A DNA stretch of 64,000 nt from contig CM119264.1 in the NCBI GenBank assembly GCA_051294375.1, forward strand, positions 15,463,473-15,527,472. Reading direction: 5' to 3'. Below are positions 38,568 to 52,078 of this stretch, in pieces. Under the pieces are notes generated by a model, which saw only the letters and a list, made by a program, of their open reading frames with translations, ran no database searches and was not told the origin of the DNA. How positions within the stretch are numbered: the first letter of the stretch is position 1; every line of letters starts with the position of its first letter. The DNA is from Paraspadella gotoi. Taxonomy: Eukaryota; Animalia; Chaetognatha. The translations under genes and the position numbers were made by a program.

Positions 38568-41500
38568 TAGAGAAAAACATCGTCTTTTTTCCTGGTGGCT
38601 CCGATTTCGATAAATTTGGTACCGATCGAACGTGGAAATTACGTCTCAGTTTACTGAAATAAAATTTCATTAAAATCGGGTTTTCCACTGCGTTCAAAAG
38701 TTATGCGCTAAAACAACGACGAAAAATAGCGCCTTCCGACGGATCAACTTTCGCTATGAACGAGCGAAAAAGTGTAACAAGGTTGAACTACGTAGTACTA
38801 ATCTTTAGTCCGGCCGAATCCGACGCTTAAAGTCGAAATCCTCATTTCCGGGCCCAAATACGAAAAAACGGTGAAAAATTCGGAGCTGCTCGAAAAAAAA
38901 TGCTTAATATAGGAACACATTTATTAAGAGAATGAGTAATATTATTACTGAATAAAATTTAATAAGTGATTGGATGATAATTTAAATAACTCAATTGGGA
39001 GTTAATTTTTCACTTTCTCCGCCCCGGGGTTAGGGATTAAGGTTAGGTTGTTACAGGTGTTTAAGGGTGGTTTAAGTCTAGGAGGTAATCATTTATAATT
39101 TTTTTCTTTGAAGATAGTTGTTTTTAAATAATCTTTTAAGAAAACGCCTAAACGATGCAGAATATATGCCAATTGACATTGGCTATTAATTGGACTGACC
39201 ACGACTCTCCAAAGACTCCCTGTATGATCATTCGTCCGCTCCGAATCACTATTGCCCTCTTTAGTGCCTCAGCTTCATAAATTAATTTACTTTGTTTAAT
39301 ACAAGGCGGAACCTATACCAGTACATCGACACCAAATTTATAAAATGATAACTCTAAATACTGTATTAATTTTAGTCAGATTGCCGCTATAATTCACTTG
39401 GTGTCATACCGTCGTCCTGCCGCTCCCTCCAACCTGCTTGCTGTCGGGGCATTCACTTACTATCTTGTTCAGAACATCGAATTATAATAATATCTGCGCA
39501 AAAAAAAAGATTGTCCGTCTGTCCCACTTTAAGCAAAAGATCGAGAAATTACTTTGGATGTGTGGTTTGATTGGGATTGGACCAATTTTGGCGTTGCAGG
39601 GTAGGAAGTCGTCGTGATTGAAGCCGGATACTGAAGTTTCGATGTGAAATACGTTATTTGAATTTGGAATAATCCATAGTGTGAATCGCCATTTACTCCT
39701 ATGAGGGACGCGGTAGTGAGAGATTGTGAAAGCTGGAAATCAAGCTTCAATGGAATCGTTGAGTGGATAGTTTAAATTGAAATCCAAAAAACTTGTTTCA
39801 TATGGATTATGATTATGCTTTCTTTTGCTTTTTTATATCAAATGTAATTGCAATGTATTATTAAATAATCGCGACCTTATTAATCAGGACAATATAATAA
39901 ATTATATCAATTCAATTTATATCTATTAATTAAATTATTATTTAATCAATCAAGTCAAATTGTTACTTGCATTATTGTCATCATCGCCATTCATCGTCTG
40001 TTTATGTCATGGTCATTAAATTCAATTAACTTGAAATTAATTAATTATATTACCGCTAATATCGTGCAATCCCGAGATTGTTTGCGTCAACTTGTTTCAA
40101 TACTTTTTGAGTAACACCGATTATTATTAAAAATCCTTGCCGTTACTCAAGTCTTTCTCAGTTTCCTACTAACCTAGGTCGGGGCTATTCACTTTGTTAT
40201 GACTTTAAAGCATTGAAGACGTGTTTTACAGGTTTAGCATCATACTTGTAATAATATAAACTAACATAACGAAGTATAAAACGTTCAAAATAAGCAAATA
40301 ATCCAATTGTATAGAACCCATAAATGAACCGTGGAAAAAAAACCGTAAGGCATCCGTCTAAAAAGCTCGGAAAAAGACGTCGGAAAGGGATCCGAGAAAG
40401 CAGCCGCTAGGACCTGTACAGATTATACAACGAATTTTAAATTTAAAAGATTCGGAATATATAAAACGCATTAAAAACTTATTACAAAACGAATTTAAGA
40501 ACCATTTAAAACGGACTGGTAATAACACTGTCGAACTTTATAGAAAATTTGGCGATTACATAAGACATAAAAAATATACACTTTTAACTTTAGAAATAAA
40601 TTGGCGTTTGAATACAGAGAGAGAAGCAATTTTGGCATTTAAATTCGAAGCAGCAAAAAACGGTAACGTGCAGGATATTCGTATCTGGTGTGAACCGAAT
40701 AAAAATAGGACAGAGAGGAAAAAACTGGTTTGTCGCGAATTGGGGCAAACAAAAGCATCAGTTTTCGCGAACATGAAGTAAAAAACTATTCTACATTTAT
40801 CTATTGCAACATGGTATATTAAATGACAAAAAACGTTATTATATCCAATATTAAGCTCCATCAAATAATTTTAAAAACATTCTCCATACTCATGCGCCCA
40901 GTTCATAAAAGAATACAGTTACAGCATTCTATATACCCAACATGAAATCAAATCTCCGTATATTTTATATGCAAACCCCGCGCTTTTGGCACAAAATTAT
41001 CCCCGGCGTCTTTGCTGTGAATCATCCCTGCCGGTCTTTTTGCTGCGATTCATCCCCGCGTCTTTCTTTGCTGTGAAATAGTTGGGAATATTTGGGTTAG
41101 AAATAAATCTTGGCTTCAAAAAATTTCTTATATCATTTCATTTAATAAAAATTTCAGATCGCTCAAATTACAATTAAATCATAATTTAACAGAATGGACA
41201 ATTGATATTTGCTATCTTTCATCGCATGACTTAAGTTGCGTTTATATTAAAATTATAATTCACAAAACTTTGTCATACACCCAACCAGGTGACATTTATT
41301 ATCGTCTAGTTTGAATTTTTAATCATTCCTATATCATTCAAAATATAATTAACCTGGATTTCGCCGCTTCCTCCACTTTCTGGGCCAATCGTAAACAGCT
41401 GGGCCCAGCCAATTTCCAAAAACATCAGTATATAAAAAAAGGCATATTATTTGTTAAATGCAATTACAACAAAAATGACAATGTTGATAAGAAAATAAAA

Positions 41501-44500
41501 AAATTTAAAAAAAACACCGAGTGATATTAACTAGGATTCAAAAATAAGGACTCATGTCTGAAAAAGATTGCAAAGCTTATAGTAATCTTGGTAGATCTTA
41601 CTTATTAAAAAAATGGTAATGTCTTCCATTTACTACAACCTATATTGCCCCCTACCTATTCTTGCCCGCCTTCGCCACTAAGCGTCACAGACTCATTTGC
41701 TGAAGAACTGGACAGATGGATTCTCCCTCTTCCGTTGTTCTTGCAAAAACTGACAGCGGCGCGCAGAGACCCTCATGTACTCGTCCCCGCGCCGCGGCGA
41801 GACGAAGAGTGGCTTCGGTGGCGGCGGCCAAAGCCTTTGGCGTAACATGGTGAACAATTCTAAAAACCGCCGCTAAAAAAAAAACCATTTGGCAAACCCA
41901 TAAAAAATTTTTAATGTTAAATATTGAAGTTAAATAAATAAACAACAAAACTATTTACTATATAAAATTTTATACATTTTAAATTCTTTCACATTTTTAA
42001 GGGGCTTTCAGAAAATATAATATGGATAATAAAAGAATGCTAAAAGTTCAAAGAAAAATTAAATTTAAAAAACAATGAGTGAAAAAGCAGACCCAATTTT
42101 TAAAGGCCAACTTTCTCCCCACTCTTTTCAAGCATATCTTCACAATAACTGATCAAATATAAAATTTTGATAATTTTTACCTCAACTTTTAAAATCAATT
42201 GGTTTACCAAATGCAGCGTTTTTCTGTTACCGTGGTTTTAGTATTCGTCACTTATTTAGTTCGCAGTGATAGTTGCGTCTTGGGAAGGCGTTGCGCCGGA
42301 AGCGAGCACGGAGCGAGCCTGCATCGTCAAGCGTTGCCCATAACAGTCTCGCCGGGAGGCGCGCGTGACGGCAACGCCCAGAGTATAATTTCTTCTTTAA
42401 GAGGGGAAAAATGAGCGTCCGCCACCACCAAGTCCCAGCAATCGCAACGGGCCGAGCGGCGCGAAAATTTGAACCAAGATGCGACGGAGGGGAGCCGAAA
42501 AAGGTATTACGACGGAGACGGAGGTTCGCTTGAAAAAACCCAGGAAATGATCTCCCGGCGCCCCAAGTGGCCGTCGCTTTGTGGAGTCCAATAAGAGTCT
42601 TCTTTCAAACGCCGAATCCCCGAGACGACGCGAAAGTACTATCTGAGTTAAAGATAGTCATCTGGACTTTAAAAGGTAGCTAAGGTGGAGTAGAATGGGT
42701 GAGGCAGCTCAAGGTAGGTCCAGACCTCCGATGATCATGTAAAATGCTATCAAAACTAACTTGCCCAACAAAGGGCGATCCTTGGAAGTATAAATACGCT
42801 CGGATCTTATGAGAAAATGAAAAAAGAAGGATATATAAAAATAAAACGATTAAAAAAAAAAAATTAATGTAAAAACCATAGCCTTAAAAAATGCCTGATT
42901 TATTGGATAGGCTACGTGTAAAATATTTTTAGAAATTTTTTTTATTTAAAATTTTTTAAAAAATATTTTTTAAATTTTTTAAAATATTATATTAATAGTA
43001 TTACTTTAATAAAAAATTATATTTAAATTATACCCTTAACCCTAAATGCCCAACCTATTACCCTTAACCCTAATTACCCTTACCCAAACTTAGCCCTTAA
43101 TTTATTTTTAACCCATTATTACCAAATTAACCCTAACCATTACTGTTAACCTTTTAATTATATTAACCTATAATTCGCTATTAACCTTAATTCACTATTA
43201 CCCTTAACTTATTTATTAACCACTAACTTATCATTAATCTTCAATTATCATTACCTTACTTTACTCTTAATTATATTGTAATTCCAAAATTAAATATTAT
43301 TCTTTTTAACTTATATTTAAATCTTAATTTTTTTACATTTGATAAAAACCTAATAAATACATCAAAATATAATATAATAATGCTATATTAACTAAACAAT
43401 TATTAAAAAATTATATTGAATTTTAAAAATTTTTTCTTTCTGAAAAATTATCTTCTTCCCGTATGTTCCTCTTTTCTCATACGTTAATTCATTAAGAAAA
43501 GACTTTATCTTTCCCATAAACCTCTGGAGTGTATTAATTCTCCAGGAATGGCCAAGAAAAACAAATCTTAAAAAGTCATAATTACGAGTCCATGAATGAG
43601 ATGAACGGAGGCACGACGATCCTTGAACGTGCACTAACCGTACAGCGTCCTCAAGTATGGCAGTCCATAATTAAAACAATTTTCGCTAAATTAGAGTTTC
43701 TATGTGAAAAAAATATAATAACTTTCCCACTTTCTTCTTTCCACTTTCTTGCCGGCCATTTAAAATTTGTATGCTAATTGGTCGAAATTTCCTGCCCCAG
43801 GGCACTATTTTTTTGCGTAATAAATACTACCTTTAGCTTATTTGAAACGTACGTGAGGAAGTGTTTTTTTACCGCTAACAACGAATATCAAACAGAATCA
43901 TTTAAATGAGCAAAATGAAAAGTTTAGTGCGCACAAGTAAAGAAGATTGTTCGGCGGGTACCTAATAATTAAAATTAACAGCAATAATAAGATTTAACTA
44001 TTAGTTTGACTATTACCAATATTATAGTCATTCGTATTATGAAGGCAAATTAACTTTTGGAAAAATAGTTGCATGGTTCTCGAAAACTATATTTGACTGA
44101 TTTTTAAACTTAGTCGCTGTACTCCCTGTTCAAAAACGCCACAGTTTACGAAACATTCCAAAATTTTCTAAAAGTAACAATAAATGTTATCATATTTAAC
44201 GTAAAATCTATTCTATTACATTATAATTTTCGTAAAAACAAAAGAAAAAAACAATCGGGCGGGGAATAATATTATAAACACTAAAAATCAACAACTTTCT
44301 CTGATTCGTGAACCGCGGCTGGCTTCGACGGAAAGTGCCCATGGCTTCGATTTGGTTCGGCCGGTAATGTTAAGTTATGCACATTCAGGGCCGTGTAAAA
44401 GAATCCCAGATGCAAAACAAAGTCCAGCGATTATTCCTCTTATTTCATATATTAAAACACCGTCAAATTTTTCGAGTCTACCACCCAGGAAAACACTAAA

Positions 44501-44999
44501 GGACAACGCAGAAATTGATCTCGCAGTCAGTTTAAATAGGAACTAATTTAAGACTTGGCGAAACGCGGAATTAAGGGCCCGAACAAACTCCACAAGTCTA
44601 ACAGGATTGTTTAAATTAAACAAGCAAGCTTTGGTAACTAATTTAAAAAAAATAGATACCTGTTTTAGAAAATCAAAAATCTATCTGACTGTGTAACCAT
44701 AATGTAATTATATTATGTAGTCTCGGCGATGAATGAGTAAGTCAAGTTACGAAAGTGAAAAATGCCGCTAAAACCAGTCCACTTTGGCGTCCATCGTACC
44801 CATAATTCAAGATACCCGAATTTTCGAGTGCTCACCCGACACGGGGCGCTTCCCAGGACGCCCCGCTTTCAAAAATTCTACGCATTCTTATAATAATTTA
44901 ATTCGGTCTTCTTGGCGGGAATTAAGAGGGTGACAAAAAAAAGCGTGGAAAACGGAATCCTTCCTGATCCCCCCTCGCCCGAAACGAATGTTTTATCTA
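38568..44999 (+). mobile_element. Full-length ~6.4-kb non-autonomous hAT-like element with cargo ORF, nested HINE and nested MITE
   Basis: TIRs TAGAGAAAAACAT(C)G...CGAATGTTTTATCTA, flanked by (A)TACTTAT on both sides (7 bp exact, 8 bp if one A was dropped). The empty site is seen inverted at ~48850-48900. No transposase recognised. Confidence 0.75.
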
Positions 45000-45474
45000 T
45001 ACTTATATCTAAAATTACTCAGTAGACCTTACCATATATGAAAAGTTTTGAAATCAAAAAACGAGTATTGTGTAAAAGGTGCCCATACATCATATGAATT
45101 TTTTGAACATTTTTTTTCGAAAAAAATTTACAGTAAATGCTGCCAACTTTGAAAAAAATGAAAAAAAATGGACTTTTTGCTAAATATCTTTAAAAGCTTT
45201 ATTGCTAGAGGGACGAAACCCAAACTATCTTGTAGAGTGGAAAAAATTGACTATGTTACATACCTCGCATTATAAATTAATTTTTTTACTGAGGAAAATT
45301 TATTTTAAAACCTATTGTTTTGGTCAATTTTTGATAAAATTTTTAAAAAATGATATTTTTAACAATGTTCGTGAAATATTTTGTAAAAAAAATTATGGCG
45401 AATTGAATAAAGAAATAATTGCCTTTGTTTTGCTGAAAGAATTTTTAAAAAAGGATTATTGGTTAAAGAGTTAT

Positions 45475-45748
45475 CGGCTTCGGCTTCGTTAAAGAGTTAT
45501 CGGCTTCGTTGAGTATAGAGATTTAACAAAGTTTGGAAATGTTTTCGTCAACGATTTTTTATTAGTATAAGGACATGTTTCGACTCTTCATTTCGAGTCT
45601 TCATCAGCAGTAATGATGCATTAACAAATTTGTGTAAAAGAACACAAATTTGTTAATGCATCATTACTGCTGATGAAGATTCGAAATGAAGAGTCGAAAC
45701 ATGTCCTTATACTAATAAAAAATCGTTGACGAAAACATTTCCAAACTT
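45475..45748. mobile_element. Penelope-like element terminal fragment in inverted (palindromic) arrangement
   Basis: Near-perfect ~114-bp-arm palindrome 45522-45755 with flanking duplication GGTTAAAGAGTTAT. It is absent from the homologous arm at ~52140, and each arm carries a hammerhead motif. Second assembly copy at ~48122-48410. Confidence 0.7.
45670..45705 (+). ncRNA. Minimal hammerhead ribozyme motif (mirror copy at 45572-45607, minus strand)
   Basis: CTGATGA-a-GA(T/C)TC-gaaatgaa-GAGTC-GAAAC-ATGTC shows the conserved core, stem II, palindromic stem III ACATGT and a GUC site. Stem I pairing is poor. Confidence 0.6.
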
Positions 45749-45805
45749 GGTTAAAGAGTTATAATTTTTTTAAATGAAAAAAAAATCACTTTTCTTAATA
45801 ATTAT

Positions 45806-48800
45806 TTTTAGTCGGATCTGCTTATCAGCAGATCCCGAGAACGTCGAAGTATCCTCCAGAAGTTTGATATGATATCCTCTCGGAACGGACGGAAGACTCC
45901 ATCGCGAGCCGAAAGGAAGATCGAAGATCGGGACATGAAAAATGATCTAACCGTGGATTCAGGACTTGCTCAATCGGTTTCGCACAGCAACATCCTCGGG
46001 TTAAGTAAACATTTTATTGATTGATTGAATTGATTTGATTTGATTGAATCGTTATCTATTAAATGTTGGTTTGAATCACTGATTTTATTGATTTTTTATT
46101 GATTTTGACTGGTTGCGTAAGATTGATTTATTATTTACCATCAGATTTTTAAAAGTGATTTAATGTATTGATTGATGCTCTATTAATTTTATAATAAAAA
46201 TGGATTGATTAATTAAATGACGATGCTCAACATTAAATACAAATTTGATTCGAACTGCTAATATAATTAGACTCAGCTCAGGTAAACGAAAAGATGAGGA
46301 AACCTCCACGACCTCATTCGTATGATTCTCAAACATGTTAGGAGACTATACTGATGGCTTCGGTGATTTGGGTTAAATATAAAGTAAAAAGATTTTAGTA
46401 AATTCGACTTATGTTTTTTTCCAATTAAACTAATTTCCACTCACAAACGATTCCTAGAATTTAATGATCACCAGCTTTATCAAACATGATAACACTATTT
46501 CCCACCCGCACACAAAAAATTTAATTCCAATCCAACCAGCCAATCCACGAGTTATTAGGAGCTTTTTGCTAAGATGGGACGGATGGACGGATTGATTGAC
46601 TAATTAATTATTATTGAATTAATTTATTTTACTAATTGGATTAATTAACTGATTAATATATTTGATTTATTAATACATCCTGCATATACATTTAATATAA
46701 AGGAAAAAGAAGCATAATCAATTAGTAAAACAGGTTTTTTTGTTTTTTTCCATTAAACTCATTTCCACTCAAACTATTCCATCGAAACTTGATTTCCTGT
46801 TCAATCACACATCACACCTTTCCTACCACATAACAATTCCAGGTCAATCACCCATCCACTCATGAGCAATTTGTGTCAAATAGTGAATATATTTTTTTTT
46901 GTTTTTTCCATTTTAAACTCATTTCCACTCGGACGATTCCATCGAAACTTCATATATCCAGCTCAATCACACACTTACCTATCCACACAACAAATTTCAT
47001 TTAAATCCATCCATCCAATCACGAGTAATTGGTGTTTTTTGCTAAGGTGGGACGGACGGACCGGACGACGGACGGACAGACGGAAGCGGACGGACATTTT
47101 TTTTTGCATAATTTATCATAATTCGATGTTCTGAATGATATAAGTGTGTGCCCGACAATTTGAGGGGGCGGACCGACGGACCGAAAAGTGATTTATAAAG
47201 AATCNNNNNNNNNNNNNNNNNNNNNNNNNCATCCAATTATGATTAATTGAGTATTTATTGGTTAAAATAAGTAAAAAGATTTTAGTAAATTCGACTTATG
47301 TTTTTTTCCATTTAAACTAATTTCCACTCACACGATTCCATAGAATTTATATCCAGCTTTATCACACACTTTCTACCCACACACAAAATTTAATTCCAAT
47401 CCAAACAGCCAATCACGAGTTATTGGAGCTTTTTGCTAAGATGGGACGGATGGACGGATTATTGACTAATTAATTAATATTGATTAATTTATTTCTAATT
47501 GATTAATTAACTGATTAATTATTTGATTTATTAATACATCTGCAATACATTTAATATAAAAGGAAAAAGAAGCATAATCAATTAGTAAAACAGGTTTTTT
47601 GTTTTTTTTTCCATTAAACTCATTTCCACTCAAACTATTCCATCGAAACTTGATTTCCTGTTCAATCACACACTTTCCTACCACATACAAAAATTCCAGG
47701 TCAATCAGCCCATCCACTCATGAGCAATTGGTGTTCAAATAGTGAATATATTTTTTTTTGTTTTTTCCATTTTAAACTCATTTCCATCGAAACTTCATAT
47801 CCAGCTCAATCACACACTTACCTAATCCACACACAAAATTTCATTTAAATCCATCCATCCAATCACGAGTAATTGGTGTTTTTTGCTAAGGTGGGAACGC
47901 GGACGGGACGGACGGACAGACGGACGGACGGGACATTTTTTTTTGCATATTTATAATAATCGATGTTCTGAATGATATAAGTGTGTGCCCGACAATATTG
48001 AGGGGGCGGACCGACGGACGACCAAAGTGAATTATAGAATCGGGATCTGCTGATAAGCAGATCCGACTAAAAATTAATATTAAAAGAAAAGTGATTTTTT
48101 TTCATTTAAAAAATTATAACTCTTTAACCAAGTTTGGAAATGTTTTCGTCAACGATTTTTTATTTGTTATAAGGACATGTTTCGACTCTTCATTCAGCAG
48201 TAATGATGCATTAACAAATTTGTGTTCATTTTACACAAATGTTTGTTAATGCATCATTACTGCTGATGAAGACCTCGAATGAAGAGTCGAAACATGTCCT
48301 TATACTAATAATAAAATCGTTGACGAAAAACATTTCCAAACTTTGTTAAATCTCTATACTCAACGAAGCCGATAACTCTTTAACGAAGCCGAGCCGGCGA
48401 TAACTCTTAACCGATAATCCTTTTTTAAAAATTCTTTCAGCAAAACAAAGGCAATTATTTTTTATTCAATTCGCCATAATTTTTTTACAAAATATTTCAC
48501 GAAACATTGTTTAAAAATATCATTATTTTTTAAAATTTTATCAAAAATTGACCAAAACAATTAGGTTTTAAAATAAATTTTCCTCAGTAAAAAAATTAAT
48601 TTATAATGCGAGGTATGTAACATAGTCAATTTTTTCCACTCTACAAGATAGTTTGGGTTTCGTCCCTCTAGCAATAAAGCTTTTAAAGATATTTAGCAAA
48701 AAGTCCATTTTTTTCATTTTTTCAAAGTTGGCAGCATTTACTGTAAATTTTTTTCGAAAAAAAATGTTCAAAAAATTCATATGATGTATGGGCACCTTTT

Positions 48801-49544
48801 TCACAATACTCGTTTTTTGATTTTTCAAACTTTTCATATATGGTAAGGTCTACTGAGTAATTTTTTAGATATAACGTATATGTTCTCGAATTTTTTGTAT
48901 GTATTAGATATATTTTAAGCATTAAATTCTCCATTAAGAATCTTTTCCGCAAAAAAGCTGACATTGGAGGGAAACATTAATCTTTGTTGATGCTTCCCAT
49001 CCTTTACACATGAAAGAGGCGTGTTTTTTTAATTTGTCAACCTTTAGTATGTTTATCATACTGTTAAAACTATTAAAATGAGTTATAACACCGTTGTTTT
49101 TAGTTTCAAATAAAACGCCACCTCACAAATACTCACAAATTAAAAAGTGACTTAAAAATTTTTTTTGCAGCATAAGTATTAAATATTTTTCACCTATCTA
49201 ATTTTTTTCCGACCCGGTACCCGAAGCACCGTTCATATTCTCTGATAGATTGAGTTGAAATTTTGTGTGTGGGTAGAAAAATGAGTGACGAAGCTTGATA
49301 TAAAGTTTCAGTGGAAACTTACCAATGGAAATGAGTTTAAATGAAAAAAGTCACATTTACTTGAATCTTTTTATTTATTTTAACCCATGATAGATTGAGA
49401 TGAAATTTTGTGAGCCGGTAGGAAAGTGAGTGAAGAAGCTAGATATAAAGTTTTGACGGAATGCAAGTTGAAAAAATGATGCTAGTTGAAAAAATGATGC
49501 AAGTTAAAAAAATCTTAAAAGCATAAGGATCGTTGCTATTGCAT

Positions 49545-49605
<61 letters not shown>

Positions 49606-50455
49606 GAAAGAAAGAGAGAGAGAGAGAGAGTGAGAGAGAGAGAGAGAGAAGGAGACCTGAAATAAAAAAATCTTAAGACTCAAGATCGAGCCAGAGCCCA
49701 CTATCAAAGAAAATTAATGAAAAAACCCGGGAAAAAAACGAGTGAATCATGCGATAACGAATTATTGATGTAATAGTAATTGATTGAGGTAATACTAATT
49801 GATTGATGTAATAGTAATTTATTGATGTAATAGGAATTGATTATTGATTCGATGATAATCAATTATTGATGCGATGATAGTCATTCACTGCTGTGATGAT
49901 ATTCATTCACTGATGCGATGATTGTCATTCATTGATGCGATTATAGTCAATAAAACAAACAAATGCGTATATAAGTGAGAGAGAGAGAGAGAGAAAGAAA
50001 GAGAGAGAGAAAGAGAATAAATCCACGAAAATCTCGGATGAAAATATGGGATTTTGTATTGAAAAAAAGCGCGGAATAAATGGTAATAATAAAAAGTTTT
50101 TAGAAGGAAAAAAATAATCAGAATTTTTCAAAAAACAAACGATCACGCAAGAAATCGGACAGAGAGGGACAGACACAGAGAGACAGAGAGAGAGAGAGAG
50201 AGATAGAGAGAGAAAAAGAGAGAGAGAGACAGCCGCTGCAGAGAAAAAGAGAGAGAGAAAGAGCGATATATAATAATTAAAAGAGAGAGAGAGAGAGAGA
50301 GAAGCTCTACAGCCCCTTTACTCGTTAAAGAATCAGCAGTACCTATGGCGCCTGACGTAGCGTACCCAAAGGACCCGGGTTCGCACCCTGTTCGCCGGCA
50401 TCCGTTTTTACATTTAGTGAGCCCACATTATATCTAAAAATTTTTTTTGTAAAAA

Positions 50456-50486
<31 letters not shown>

Positions 50487-51052
50487 AAGAAGCTGGACAG
50501 ACGCTGCAGAGCCGGAACTCGTTTTTAGACAAATCAGAAGAAGCAGTGACGGAGAAAAAGAAGAGAGAGAGAGAGCGACATATATTAAAAAAAAGAGGAG
50601 AGAGCGACATATAATTAAAACGTTTTTGTTTTGTAAATAAAACAAAAACAAATACGAATATTGATATGAAACATGAGAATTTTAAAGATCTTGATGATTA
50701 GAAGCCATATATGAAATTTCAACTCCCTATGATATCACACTTTCAGAAGCCATGATTGCAAAAAAGCGTGACCGAAAGCTAAACCGAATCAAAATCTAGC
50801 AGGACGGGCTTTGCCCGCCTGGCTCGATAAAGAGATATTGTTTTGTTTGATAAAATGTAAACAAAACATTTAATAACTGTCCTGACTCAATTTTAAGGAC
50901 ATCGATGATGACAAGCTGAATATAAATTTATAATTAATTATTAAAATTAATAAATTAATCTATTAATTAATTAATCTATTAATTAATTAACTATTAATTA
51001 ATTAATTAATTATCGTAGGCAGATCCGACATTGTTTCTCACTCAAACTTATT
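45806..51052 (+). mobile_element. Long HINE copy, internally scrambled by assembly (5' end 45806-45840, flipped body 47230-48071, 3' part 49245-51052)
   Basis: 5' TTTAGTCGGATCTGCTTATCAGCAGATCCCGA and 3' GGCAGATCCGACATTGTTT..CAAACTTATTT. Segments join in the order given by the intact copy at 55783-59132. Confidence 0.65.
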
Positions 51053-51055
51053 TAA

Positions 51056-52078
51056 TAGGTTTGAACTAAGCTAAAGAGAAAAAGGGAATGCACTTTTTTC
51101 AGAGTAAATAAAAAAAATAGTAAATTCTGATTTGACAATGGGTAACTTTAATATTTTGTCTCACCAGGTCATTAAAGTTTTTTTTTAAATTTTTATCATT
51201 TTATAAATGGAATTATGACTTTAAATAAGGTAGTTTTTGAATTTTTTTCTATATAAAAAGAAAAAGAAAAATTGACAAAAAGCGATTAAGATGATTAAAA
51301 ATTGATAAAATGAGGACAAAAAAGAGTAAAATTAATGAATGTTAAATAACTGGAAAAAGAGTTGCTTGGTGCTTGCCGGTCGAGAAAAAAAAAGGTTTAG
51401 TGCCAAAGAAGAAAACTAGTTATTCTGTTTTTTTGTTATCTATTCATGATTTAAAGTTAATAATTAAGTCTATTGTAAATAGTCGATTTTAGTTTTAAAA
51501 TATAATTTTTAATCATCTTTGATTTTTATTAATTTCACTATCTTTATTTTAGTTGATGAATTTATCAACAAGTCGGACTCTATTCTTAAATTTTATCAAG
51601 CAAGCTTAATATATTTTTCCAAGTCTTTTACAACTTTTGATCTAAGCAATTATATTTAACACAAATTATAATTCAACTCAGTTCTGGAGAAACTAGCTTG
51701 ACAAAGGTAATTTAGAAAAAAAATAGAATAACTAGTTTTTTTTCTTTGGTACTCTGATGAGGACTTTTTTTTTTCTCGATCGGTAAGCAGTGCACAGCAA
51801 CTCTTCTCTTCAGTTGCTTTTTTTTGTCTTAATTTATCAATTTTTAATCATTTAATCGTCTTTTGTCAATTTTTCTTTATATAGAAAAAAATTTAAAAAA
51901 CTACCTTATTTAAAAGTCATAATTCTGATTATAAAATGATAAAATTTTAAGAAAAAACTTTAATGACCTGGTGAGACAAAATATTAAGCTACCCATTGTC
52001 AAATCAGAATTTACTATTTTTTTTTATTTACTCTGAAAAAGTGCATTCCCTTTTTCCCTTTCAGCCTAGTCAAACCTA
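51056..52078. mobile_element. ~1-kb palindromic MITE
   Basis: TAGGTTTGAACTAAGCT...AGCCTAGTCAAACCTA with inverted arms over several hundred bp. Flanked by TTAA on both sides; a TA TSD is also possible. Confidence 0.8.
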
